The position numbers and the translations under genes were made by a program. 64,000 bases of DNA from Spirochaetota bacterium (GTDB lineage: Bacteria; Spirochaetota; UBA4802; UB4802), in assembly GCA_029907515.1 (NCBI GenBank), contig JARYLT010000002.1, positions 14,343-78,342 on the forward strand, in the 5' to 3' direction. The notes beneath the pieces were generated by a model, which saw only the letters and a program-made list of their open reading frames with translations, was not told the DNA's origin and ran no database searches. Numbering within the stretch: position 1 is the stretch's first letter; every line of letters begins with the position of its first letter. This document shows positions 31,065 through 40,572 of the stretch, in pieces.

Positions 31065-32744
31065 TTAATGCTTGAATCTCTGAACAATAGGTATACGCCT
31101 TCCAACACCAAAAGCCTTGGTTGTTACCTTTAAGCCAACTGGTGCCTGTTTTCGTTTGTATTCATTTCTGTCGATAGTTCGCAACACAGAATATACTATG
31201 TCAGGGTCAAATCCATCAGCAATAATCTGCTCTGCACTCATTTTCAGTTCCACATATCGTTCAATAATCTGGTCAAGTATCTCATAGGGAGGCAATGAAT
31301 CCTGATCTTTCTGATTTTCACGTAACTCTGCAGATGGTGCTTTTTCAAGAATTGATCTGGGTATTATCTCTTTATCTTTATTAATATAATAGGATAGTGC
31401 ATAAACCAGAGTCTTGGGCACATCAGAAAGCACCGCAAGGCCTCCTGCCATGTCGCCGTATAAGGTACAATAGCCCATGGATAATTCAGATTTATTCCCC
31501 GTGGTGAGTAACAGCATACCAAATTTGTTACTGAATGCCATCAATATATTTCCACGTATTCGTGCCTGTATATTCTCTTCTGCAATATCAAATGGCAAGT
31601 CTTTAAAGAAGGGATTTAATTCATGTATATAGGTCTCAAAAAGATTCTTTATTGGAATAGTATGGATGTCGATTCCTAAATTGTGTGCCAATTCTACCGA
31701 ATCATCAACACTTCCCTTTGAAGAAAATTTAGATGGCATGGTGATTCCCAACACATTTTCAGGCCCTAAAGCTTTAACAGCCAGGCATGCAGTCAGTGCT
31801 GAGTCAATTCCACCACTTAAACCTAACACAACCTTTTTAAATCCCGATTTATATACATAATCCCGTATGCCCAGAATAAGTGCTTTCTCAATGTCAGCAA
31901 TGAAATCCTCTTCACAGCTTATATGCATATATTCTTTTTCTGTATCAAATACTATGCAATCTTCCTGAAAATCTTTAGCTTTGAGTATAAAATTCCCCTT
32001 TTTATCGATAACAAAACTGTTGCCATCAAATATAAGGCTATCATTACCACCAACCTGATTGACATATATTATGGGCACCTTATATTTTTTTGCTACATGC
32101 TGAATTTTACTCCATTTTATGGAATTTTTCCCCTTCACATACGGTGAAGCTGATATATTTATCAGTATATCAGCCCCTTTTTTTATACAATTTTCAATGG
32201 GGTCAACAGCATAGCGCCTGAACTCCATAAACATATCCTCACTCAGACTCATGTCATTCCATATATCTTCACATATGGTGATACCAATATTAATTCCTTT
32301 ATAGCTAATGATTTCCTGAGATGGTGCAGGAGAAAAATATCGTAATTCATCAAATACATCATAGGTGGGAAGTAATGTTTTATAATGTTTTGACTGCAGT
32401 TTCCCATCATACATAAAGGCTGCTGCATTATATAGCATAGGGGGATTGTCATAATTATAATCAACATATCCGCAAATAATACCGCAATCACTGCTTAAAG
32501 GAGCTATCGCCTCTAAAGCCCTCAGATTATCATCAATGAGTTTTTTATGCTCCAGTAAATCCATCGGCGGGTACCCAATTGTTGCCATCTCAGGGAAAAT
32601 AACTAAATCAGCACCCTTTTCTTTTGCCAGAGTAACAAACTGAGAAATCTTATTACAATTTCCTTCAATATCTGCAATGATTGGATTAATCTGAGCTATC
32701 GCAATCTTCATAATAATTACCCTTTTAATGTGACCTTTTGTCAA
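31065..32744 (-). CDS. nadE: Glutamine-dependent NAD+ synthetase (nitrilase domain plus NAD synthase domain)
   Basis: 559 aa. N-terminal CN-hydrolase domain (FPE...CED). SGGxDS P-loop LSGGIDSAL. Confidence 0.9.
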   Translation of the reverse strand: MTKGHIKRVIIMKIAIAQINPIIADIEGNCNKISQFVTLAKEKGADLVIFPEMATIGYPPMDLLEHKKLIDDNLRALEAIAPLSSDCGIICGYVDYNYDNPPMLYNAAAFMYDGKLQSKHYKTLLPTYDVFDELRYFSPAPSQEIISYKGINIGITICEDIWNDMSLSEDMFMEFRRYAVDPIENCIKKGADILINISASPYVKGKNSIKWSKIQHVAKKYKVPIIYVNQVGGNDSLIFDGNSFVIDKKGNFILKAKDFQEDCIVFDTEKEYMHISCEEDFIADIEKALILGIRDYVYKSGFKKVVLGLSGGIDSALTACLAVKALGPENVLGITMPSKFSSKGSVDDSVELAHNLGIDIHTIPIKNLFETYIHELNPFFKDLPFDIAEENIQARIRGNILMAFSNKFGMLLLTTGNKSELSMGYCTLYGDMAGGLAVLSDVPKTLVYALSYYINKDKEIIPRSILEKAPSAELRENQKDQDSLPPYEILDQIIERYVELKMSAEQIIADGFDPDIVYSVLRTIDRNEYKRKQAPVGLKVTTKAFGVGRRIPIVQRFKH

Positions 32745-32752
32745 TATCCATA

Positions 32753-34048
32753 CTAATATTGCCGTGTATTTCTTGTAATGATATGCTGAATAGCGCTGCT
32801 TAAAATCATTTTTAAAACTATATCCTCTTCCTTAGTGTAAATAATAAACAATTTCTGTAAAGAACCCATATCACAAATTTTTTTTAACGAGAATACAATT
32901 GCTGTTTTTACATACACTTCATTTTCTTTTGAGTAACTCTCAAGCAACGGAATCACTACATTTTTCCCTTTAAACTGTGATAGAGCCGCTGCTGCTTCAG
33001 CGCGTATTCTAAAATCTTCATCATTCAATGACTCTATAATCAGCGATACTGTGCGTTCATCACGGATGACCCCCAATGCATATACTGCATACATGCGCAA
33101 ACTCCTGTTTTCTTCATTGTGCAGAATATGCTGTAATCCCCTGATATCACCTGCATTTTTAGCAGTTATCAGTGCTTTTATTATTTTTCGTTTTATATAA
33201 ACTTCACGTTCAGTTAACAACTGTCGTGATAAATAGATAGTACTTTCTTTAGATAGTAACGTTGACAGAGCATCAACTGCAGCATCCCGCACAAGATCAG
33301 AGTAATCTGATAATGCACGGACAAAAATATAATACGCTGCCCTATCATGCAATGCTGATAAAACATTGATTGCCTTTACCCGAACTTCTTCATTTTCATC
33401 ACCTGAGGCAATTGAGCGTACATATGGTAACGCAGCACTGATTTCATTATGGACAACACAATCAAGGGCAAAATATCGCACTGATTTATTGGTGTCCTGA
33501 AGAAGCCTGACAATAATTTCGTAAAACCTGTTGTCATAGAGATGATATAGCGCTTCTAATGCATATATTCTCTGGATAACTTCATCACTTCTGGCTAAAC
33601 GTATGATATACGGGTACATTCTATCATCACCATTCTTTTTTAGCGCCAGTATGACCGATTCTCTCACAGCAAAAAATGGTGACTGTAAAAATTCAATTAT
33701 CACCGGCAACACTTTTTTATCATGCATCTCTGCAAGTATTTCAATAACCATTTGCTGTACTGTTATTGAATGTACTGAATACAATATATCCTTAAAAAAT
33801 TCTATGTTGGTTCGTACTTTACTTTTTTTCAGTATCTGTAATGCCTGTATTTTTTGATCGTTATCTTTCCCTTTGACTATTAACTCTTTCAATTTCATGA
33901 TGCATTCATCAGAAAGGTTACTATAGCTATCATCTACATTATTAACAAGTGCCTTAATACATTCATCACTTGCAAAACTAACCGTATACGCAATAAAAAC
34001 AAAAACTAATATAATACCTGTTTTTTTCATAAAACATGACACCATCAT
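32753..34048 (-). CDS. Secreted HEAT/PBS-lyase repeat protein
   Basis: 431 aa. Signal peptide and about 9 HEAT-like repeats (VR..A..AL pattern). Confidence 0.55.
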   Translation of the reverse strand: MMVSCFMKKTGIILVFVFIAYTVSFASDECIKALVNNVDDSYSNLSDECIMKLKELIVKGKDNDQKIQALQILKKSKVRTNIEFFKDILYSVHSITVQQMVIEILAEMHDKKVLPVIIEFLQSPFFAVRESVILALKKNGDDRMYPYIIRLARSDEVIQRIYALEALYHLYDNRFYEIIVRLLQDTNKSVRYFALDCVVHNEISAALPYVRSIASGDENEEVRVKAINVLSALHDRAAYYIFVRALSDYSDLVRDAAVDALSTLLSKESTIYLSRQLLTEREVYIKRKIIKALITAKNAGDIRGLQHILHNEENRSLRMYAVYALGVIRDERTVSLIIESLNDEDFRIRAEAAAALSQFKGKNVVIPLLESYSKENEVYVKTAIVFSLKKICDMGSLQKLFIIYTKEEDIVLKMILSSAIQHIITRNTRQY

Positions 34049-34092
34049 TGTATAGTCAGGTTACAGTAAAATAATGCAAATTTATAATCAAT

Positions 34093-34119
34093 AAAAAAAC
34101 CCGACCCCATGGGCCGGGA
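34093..34119 (-). terminator. Rho-independent terminator for the TetR gene (minus-strand orientation)
   Basis: On the minus strand: cccggccc atg gggtcggg followed by TTTTTTT. Confidence 0.55.
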
Positions 34120-34146
34120 TATGAAGGACATACTCTATTAAAAGTA

Positions 34147-34755
34147 TTATTTCAATACACCACTGAAATAATGGGTCACCAGTGAATTAATAACTTCTTT
34201 ATCAGTAACATCCTTTTTCTCCTTATCAAACTGGTATACCAGGAACATTACTGATCCAATAAGCATAATTGCAGTAATTTCTGCATTAAGTGTTTTCTTG
34301 TAGAGGCCTTTTTTCTTTATCTCTTCTATATCACGTGAAACAATATTAATCAAATGTTTTAAAAACTGATCAACCCGTTCAATCACCTCTTCATCTATAC
34401 CAACAATATCTTTAAATATGAGCTTGATTACTATTGGCTCACTTAAAATAGCTTTGATACATTCAGTTATTCTATCAGTATTGAATTTGATAATATCCTT
34501 CTGTGAAGGGTTATCCTTTAAAAGATCCCTGAGATCATCAGGATCAAGAATATCATCAATACTTTCTTCAATAGATTCCAGAATTGCATAAAGGATTTCT
34601 CTTTTATTACCAAAATACTGATATACTGTGCCCCGGGCAATATTCAATTCTTCACAAACCTGCCCTATATGGGTACTCTGGAAACCTTTCTCTATAAACA
34701 TCTTTTTAGCAATATCTACAATTTGTTGTCGCCGTTTTTGTCCTTTTGCTGGCAT
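34147..34755 (-). CDS. TetR/AcrR family transcriptional regulator
   Basis: 202 aa. N-terminal HTH (IAKKMFIEKGFQSTHIGQVCEELNIARGTVYQYFGNK). Confidence 0.85.
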   Translation of the reverse strand: MPAKGQKRRQQIVDIAKKMFIEKGFQSTHIGQVCEELNIARGTVYQYFGNKREILYAILESIEESIDDILDPDDLRDLLKDNPSQKDIIKFNTDRITECIKAILSEPIVIKLIFKDIVGIDEEVIERVDQFLKHLINIVSRDIEEIKKKGLYKKTLNAEITAIMLIGSVMFLVYQFDKEKKDVTDKEVINSLVTHYFSGVLK

Positions 34756-34781
34756 CTGTATACCCCTTTACATAAATTCTA

Positions 34782-34886
34782 TTTTATTTCACCTTTTACA
34801 CGAAGCAATTCTTCTTTGATTGGTTGCAAAGCTTCCTGAAGTTCCTTAATCATTCTTTCAGCTTTTTCCTGCAATTCTTTACTCAT
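34782..34886 (-). CDS. Possible small coiled-coil peptide (34 aa) immediately upstream of the TetR gene
   Basis: By hand translation: MSKELQEKAERMIKELQEALQPIKEELLRVKGEIK. Below the ORF-track size cutoff. Weak GGAA SD. Same strand as the TetR gene and 26 nt upstream of it. Confidence 0.25.
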
Positions 34887-35160
34887 ATACTATATATTCC
34901 TTTATATACTATAATTATATATGCTTACTATACATATCGTTAACATTTTCATTATTTTATATAAAAAAAGATTCTTTGCTATAAACGTTATACATAGCAT
35001 ACTTTTTTGCGTCAACAACTTTTTATAATTTTAATATTGTTATAATTCAACACTTTAGTGCAATAAGAACACTTTACAATTGCTTTTTTTATCTGTACCC
35101 CATATAACACAGTCAGCTTCGTTTATTTTATGATTACCATCCATTGTAGAAGTATTTTCT

Positions 35161-35853
35161 TTAGCTAATGTTCAACAATTCATCAATATGACTGCGTATT
35201 TCACTATTATCAGGCTTAAGGGAAAGGGCTTTTTTCAGAAATTTTTTTGCCATATTATATTCCTCTCTTTTATAATAAACATATCCAAGCGTATCGTTAT
35301 ATGCTGCATTGTTGGGAGCATGTGATACTGCTTTTTTAGCCAGTTCCAGAGCCTTACTCAGGTTCCCATCAGGAAGAAGCGCTATAATATACGCTATAGC
35401 ATTGCAGGCATTCACATTATCAGGATTATCTTCCAGTATGTTTTCATACAACTGCAAAGCCTGGCGATAGTTACCCTTTTTCTCAAGTGCAAATGCCTTC
35501 ATCTGGATAATGGCATCATCCTGGTCATTTTGTTGCTGTAATTCATCTAAAGCCCTGTCATAATCCCCTTTCTGCATTAATGTAAATATATACACCTTGC
35601 GAACCTGGCGTATATCAATAAATGTCATTGGCAGTGACATACACCGCTTTAGATAATCAATAGCGCTATTATAATCCTGCAAATGAATACAGACAATAGC
35701 CAGATTGTACAATACAACAGGGTTTTCTGAATCCATTGATTCAAGTTTATGCAAGGTATCTTTAGCCTGACCAAAATCCTTTTTGTGATTAAGTAGATGC
35801 GTCGCCTGATCAAGCAATACCTTAATTTGTTTGTGTATGTCTAATTCTTCCAT
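35161..35853 (-). CDS. TPR repeat protein
   Basis: 230 aa with about 5 TPR units (A..Y...G.. pattern). Confidence 0.7.
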   Translation of the reverse strand: MEELDIHKQIKVLLDQATHLLNHKKDFGQAKDTLHKLESMDSENPVVLYNLAIVCIHLQDYNSAIDYLKRCMSLPMTFIDIRQVRKVYIFTLMQKGDYDRALDELQQQNDQDDAIIQMKAFALEKKGNYRQALQLYENILEDNPDNVNACNAIAYIIALLPDGNLSKALELAKKAVSHAPNNAAYNDTLGYVYYKREEYNMAKKFLKKALSLKPDNSEIRSHIDELLNIS

Positions 35854-36599
35854 ATATGATTCTTTATCTCTCTTTTTTTCAACCGATCTATAAAATTATA
35901 ATCCGTACAATCTATAGTCAATGGGGTAATTACAATATATCCATTCCGCAACTCAGTTACATCGCTCCCTGTTTTTTCATCATTTTCAATTGTACCATCC
36001 AATTCCATATCAAAATAATTATTGTTTCTCTGTATAATGCGATATGAATCACGATAAAACCGTTTCCCTAAACTTGTATACTGTACGCCTTTGATTGCAG
36101 ATCGCGGCAGGTCAGGATAATTTATATTCAAAAAAAGTGGTTCTTTACTGTGAAGTGGAAAATCCTTTAACAGTTCCAGTAAAAACCATGAGGCATCGTA
36201 AAAATAATCTGACTCTTCATAGCTATCAATTGACAAAGCTATGCCGCTTACACCAAAAATATATGCTGTCCTGGCACCTGCAACAGTTCCTGAAAAATAT
36301 ATATCATCGCCCAGGTTAGGACCATGATTTACACCTGATATTACAAGATCAACCGGTGGGATGAGCCCGCCATGTAATCCTATATTGACACAATCAGCAG
36401 TAAACCCATCAACAGCAAAGGTAAATTCATCTATCTGTTCAACCTTTATTGATTTACGTATCTGTATTGCATTGGAACACCCGCTGCGTTCTTTGTCAGG
36501 AGCTATCGCATATACCGAATAATTATCCGATAAAACTTTTTTTAAAACTTGTAATCCTTTGGCATGAATGCCATCATCATTTGTTATCAGAATATTCAT
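35841..36599 (-). CDS. surE: 5'/3'-nucleotidase SurE
   Basis: 252 aa. N-terminal MNILITNDDGIHAKGL. Confidence 0.9.
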   Translation of the reverse strand: MNILITNDDGIHAKGLQVLKKVLSDNYSVYAIAPDKERSGCSNAIQIRKSIKVEQIDEFTFAVDGFTADCVNIGLHGGLIPPVDLVISGVNHGPNLGDDIYFSGTVAGARTAYIFGVSGIALSIDSYEESDYFYDASWFLLELLKDFPLHSKEPLFLNINYPDLPRSAIKGVQYTSLGKRFYRDSYRIIQRNNNYFDMELDGTIENDEKTGSDVTELRNGYIVITPLTIDCTDYNFIDRLKKREIKNHIWKN

Positions 36600-36688
36600 A
36601 ATACTCTCTTACTTAAATATTTTCTTTACTGATACCTTATCTATGTGCTATATAAGAGAATATATATCACCCGTGTGTATATAAAATT

Positions 36689-36886
36689 ATGCCAGTATAC
36701 GAATATAAATGTAATACATGTCATTATATATACAGTGAGCTTAAAAAGATGGGAGATAGTTACTGTCCCCCCTGCCCTCAATGCCACTCGCATGACACAG
36801 AAAAAATTATTTCACTTGTCAGTACTATTCGAGGTAAACAATCGTGTTCGGGTTGTTCTGGGAAAAACTGCGCCCATTGTAAATAG
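36689..36886 (+). CDS. FmdB-family zinc-ribbon protein
   Basis: 65 aa. MPVYEYKCNTC...CPPCPQC plus a C-terminal CSGCSGKNCAHC. Confidence 0.65.
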   Translation: MPVYEYKCNTCHYIYSELKKMGDSYCPPCPQCHSHDTEKIISLVSTIRGKQSCSGCSGKNCAHCK

Positions 36887-36929
36887 TACTTTTAATTTCA
36901 AAAAAATGGATTACCTATTATTACATGTA

Positions 36930-38030
36930 TTAGCGTAATGTATTAACTATCCTGAAATACTTTTTATTAATGATAGTAAGAATGATAGCACCACAACAAA
37001 CTGTAAAGGTGATTATAGGAATTAATACATAGATTTTACCGGTAAAACTTATACAAAAAAAGAAAAGAGCAAAAAATTCTTTCTTGGTGAAATATTTCAT
37101 GCTGAGAGCAAACTTTACCAATAAATCATCCTGTGGCAATTTTTGTAAAAACTCTTTATCGTATGCAACCAGTGATCCTGATTCACTGAATTTGCGTAAA
37201 TACCATACAATCATCCCAATAAACCAGAACAATCCAACAAAAAGCAACGTTATTATTATGCTGGCAGTACGTGCTGAGGTATTCTCAAAATACAGTACTG
37301 ATACTGCAATTAAAAATAAAAGCAGTGTGCCATTATCCCCAATTGTATCAAGCCATCCACCAATCTTTGATACTTTAAATGTAAATTTAGCAACCTCACC
37401 ATCCACACCATCAAATACTGATGCAAGTTGAAACAAAAGTCCCCCTAAAACTACCTGCCAGTATGATCCCTGTAGCACAAAATATGCACTTAAAAAACCC
37501 ACAATCATATTGATAATAGTAAGTACATTGGGATGTATCCTTGTTTTGGCCAGTTGCAAACTAATTGGAATGGAAATGCGTTTATTAATATTTTTTGCAA
37601 TATATCCACCAGTATTATCTATGATATATTTTACGACCAGTAATTCGGCTTTCTTTATATCTTCATCAGTGGAAATTATAAATTGGTTATCATTTAAAAC
37701 AGGTTCAAATACCCCCTTCTTTTGTTTAAAGTAATCATCAAAATGTTCAAAATAGTGAGGCTGTACAAACAGGTTTGATGGGACATATAAAGACCCTTTT
37801 TCTGGAACTTCACCCGGTAAACACTGGTGTGCATTAATCTTTCTTTTTTTTATATGTGGCAAAATTTTATGTTCATACAATATTTTTTCCTGTTCATTCA
37901 ACATAAGATATATTTGTTTAATCCCGACTTTCTGAAGCGTATAAATCAGTCGTTCAAGTATATATAAACCACAGATCTTTTTTTCAGTATGATATCCATG
38001 AAGACTATGAATATATGCCTTTTGTATCAT
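36930..38030 (-). CDS. CDP-alcohol phosphatidyltransferase family protein with an N-terminal ~150 aa degenerate nucleotidyltransferase-like domain
   Basis: 366 aa. Family signature DGVDGEVAKFTFKVSKIGGWLDTIGD (DGxxGxxAR...G...D...D pattern) in the TM C-half. The soluble N-half lacks the G-rich NTP loop. Confidence 0.55.
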   Translation of the reverse strand: MIQKAYIHSLHGYHTEKKICGLYILERLIYTLQKVGIKQIYLMLNEQEKILYEHKILPHIKKRKINAHQCLPGEVPEKGSLYVPSNLFVQPHYFEHFDDYFKQKKGVFEPVLNDNQFIISTDEDIKKAELLVVKYIIDNTGGYIAKNINKRISIPISLQLAKTRIHPNVLTIINMIVGFLSAYFVLQGSYWQVVLGGLLFQLASVFDGVDGEVAKFTFKVSKIGGWLDTIGDNGTLLLFLIAVSVLYFENTSARTASIIITLLFVGLFWFIGMIVWYLRKFSESGSLVAYDKEFLQKLPQDDLLVKFALSMKYFTKKEFFALFFFCISFTGKIYVLIPIITFTVCCGAIILTIINKKYFRIVNTLR

Positions 38031-38248
38031 ATCATTCCCCTTTCAAAGAATTCTTAACCCGGTTTTACTGTGTCATCAACCATACAATAATTATCTCTTA
38101 AAACCCTTTTTTATATAATTTCGTCAAGATGTTTTTACATAACATTGATATAACATTTTACTTGACTTTAATACTTCAGATATTGTATAATTACTATTAT
38201 CATGTAAGTATATCATTTAAATGTTTTTTTATAAAGGAGATATTATTA

Positions 38249-38907
38249 TGAAATATGTAAATTTCTTTTTGTCCATTATTTTTCTTACTATATGCTTAAT
38301 ACTTTACTCAGCTCCACAGGCACAGGAAAATCCAGAGAAGCAATTTAATCCTCTCTATGATGCAGAAGCAGTTATACAGCGTTTAAGCTATGATAATTTT
38401 AAAAATATTAAATTACTCAGGACTGCTATATATAATTTTGGTGGTGGTGAACAGGAGTTTAATAGTTTAGTAGATACATATGCTGAAGCAAGTGCACTGT
38501 ATTTCAGAAATGAAATGATTGCCTCGGCTAATCTCTTCACAAAAAATGAAAAAGATATCAAAGAAGTAGCAATGAGATTGGCAAAGCTTTATAAAGAACA
38601 GGCTGAAAAGCTTCATATTCAGGTTATAAAAATGGGAGTGCGCCATTCTCTTAAAGCATCAATTGAACAGACAAAACCCAATCCATCTGTTGATCCTCTT
38701 ATCAGCAATGCAAGTTATGGAATAAAAATTGCAAATGATTATCTGGTCAGGTCAAAGCCAATAGATGCTATCTATTATTTCCGAAGAGCAAAGGAAAATT
38801 GCTTTAAAGTATACCAGGTACTGGGTGAACAGTTACCGGAAGAATATAAGAAAGATATTGTTGATAATCAGAATAAGATATATATAGCAAAAGAAAAGAA
38901 AAATTAA
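38249..38907 (+). CDS. Hypothetical secreted protein
   Basis: Signal peptide MKYVNFFLSIIFLTICLILYSAPQAQ. RBS aaaggag. The track ORF begins 28 nt earlier at 38221, but 38249 has the SD. Confidence 0.4.
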
Positions 38908-38921
38908 TTTGTAAATTGAAA

Positions 38922-39701
38922 TTACATATCTTTCTTACTCTTTAACGTATGTAAGGCCGTTATTCTGACAGTTGAGTTGCTGTGGGTAAGCAGTTCAACA
39001 ATTTTGTCTATGTCCTTTTCTTCAATTGTATACGCCTGTAAAGCTTTTAAAATGGCAACCAAAAGAGATGGTGGGTTATTTTCTTGCTGTAACATCTGGA
39101 CAAGTTTGCTATATAATGCACGATCTTTGATATTGAGATGTGACAGTGTAGCAAACTTAACACTTATTGACGAGTCATCAAGCGCCTTGATAATCACATC
39201 CATGTGAATATATTTTGTGGAATAATCATCAATACTAAGTAGTCCTATGATAGAAGCTTCTCTTATCAGCCAGTCATCATTTGTAAAATTATAAATAAAA
39301 ACGGAAACATCACGAGGATCGCGGTAGTGGGATAATGTTCGTAGAGCATTCCACCGCACATTGTCATTTTGGCTGTTAAGGGCTAAATCCCTTATATAAA
39401 CGCGTGCTCGTTTAATTGGCCTTTTAGAAAGTATTTGCAAAGCTTCAATTTTTATAGCATTATGGGGATCATGCAAAGCCTGAATAATAAGGTTTTCAGC
39501 TCTTTCCCCTTTAATTGTTGCAACCGCCTGTATAGCTTCTAACCGGGTTTTCCAGTTATCACTTTTGTATCCATTCTCATAGTATACCAGAACAGAATCA
39601 TATCCTGTAATCGGTTTAATGGAGTTACATGACCCAATTAAAACACTGAGCAACCATATCATTAATCCATTAAAAATCTTTTTTCCGCAGGAGCTGGTCA
39701 A
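38922..39701 (-). CDS. HEAT-repeat lipoprotein
   Basis: 259 aa. Lipobox LIGSC. HEAT-like repeats. Confidence 0.5.
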   Translation of the reverse strand: MTSSCGKKIFNGLMIWLLSVLIGSCNSIKPITGYDSVLVYYENGYKSDNWKTRLEAIQAVATIKGERAENLIIQALHDPHNAIKIEALQILSKRPIKRARVYIRDLALNSQNDNVRWNALRTLSHYRDPRDVSVFIYNFTNDDWLIREASIIGLLSIDDYSTKYIHMDVIIKALDDSSISVKFATLSHLNIKDRALYSKLVQMLQQENNPPSLLVAILKALQAYTIEEKDIDKIVELLTHSNSTVRITALHTLKSKKDM

Positions 39702-40365
39702 TTAATCCTTCCTCCTGTTTAATCTTTATAATTATATTTCTCTTTTCATCAATTACATAACTATCAAACCACTTAGGTAACATATAATCAGGAACTGTAA
39801 TGGGTTCTTCAGGAGGTTGTTGATAGGCAACTCTTGTTTCTTCCCTATCTTTTAATATATATGATTTTAATATTTTTGTATCCCTGTTTGCAACTTCTAC
39901 TTCACCTTTAAAAACCACGACTTTAGTTTCAAATTGTGTTGCTATAATACCAAAATCAGTACCTCTTACCCCGGCAATTGCAGTAGGTGTATAAACAATT
40001 ACACTGGTGCCTTTTATTGTCTTTGCCGCAATTACCCGCAATTTTCCTGTAATCATTTGTATCTTTGTAGGTTGTTCGGCTTCTTTTAATCTGATATCCT
40101 GGACATATAGCACCGATATCTCCCGGATAAACAGTTTGCTTCCATCATTTAATAAAACAGATACAAATGATTTTCTTCCAGTCCTGATTTTATCTGTATC
40201 TTCTACTATCGTCCCCTCACCTGGGATTATTCGTTTTCCTGAAACAGATGTAATATCAACATCTCCCGATAAATCCAGGATTTTCCCAACCGGCTTTGCT
40301 ATTGCATTACCAGCAAAAATTAGGGATAAAACGATTATTACACTATTCCTGATACATTGCTTCAT
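39670..40365 (-). CDS. FecR-domain protein (secreted)
   Basis: 231 aa. Signal peptide. FecR-like beta-rich region (GSKLFIREISVL ... VIVYTPTAIAGVRGTDFG). Overlaps the downstream HEAT gene by 32 nt. Confidence 0.5.
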   Translation of the reverse strand: MKQCIRNSVIIVLSLIFAGNAIAKPVGKILDLSGDVDITSVSGKRIIPGEGTIVEDTDKIRTGRKSFVSVLLNDGSKLFIREISVLYVQDIRLKEAEQPTKIQMITGKLRVIAAKTIKGTSVIVYTPTAIAGVRGTDFGIIATQFETKVVVFKGEVEVANRDTKILKSYILKDREETRVAYQQPPEEPITVPDYMLPKWFDSYVIDEKRNIIIKIKQEEGLIDQLLRKKDF

Positions 40366-40572
40366 AGTTGCTCTCCTCCAACAATGAATATTATTTTATT
40401 AAGCATCCTTTTACAAACACCAGGATGCCTTGATGAATAGTCACTGAGTTTCTTAAGGTTACTATCCATTGCAAATTTTTCTACTAGTTTTTATTACAAA
40501 CCATCATGATATACATTTACCACAGACGTTTTACTATATAATACTTTATACTGTACTATGAAATGCAATTAT

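Noticed and set aside
36645-36938. 97 aa ORF overlapping the FmdB zinc-ribbon gene in another frame
   Set aside because: The 65 aa frame carries the canonical MPxYEYxC...CPxC zinc-ribbon signature. The 97 aa frame is Y/I-rich with no motif and would overlap the convergent CDP-alcohol transferase gene.
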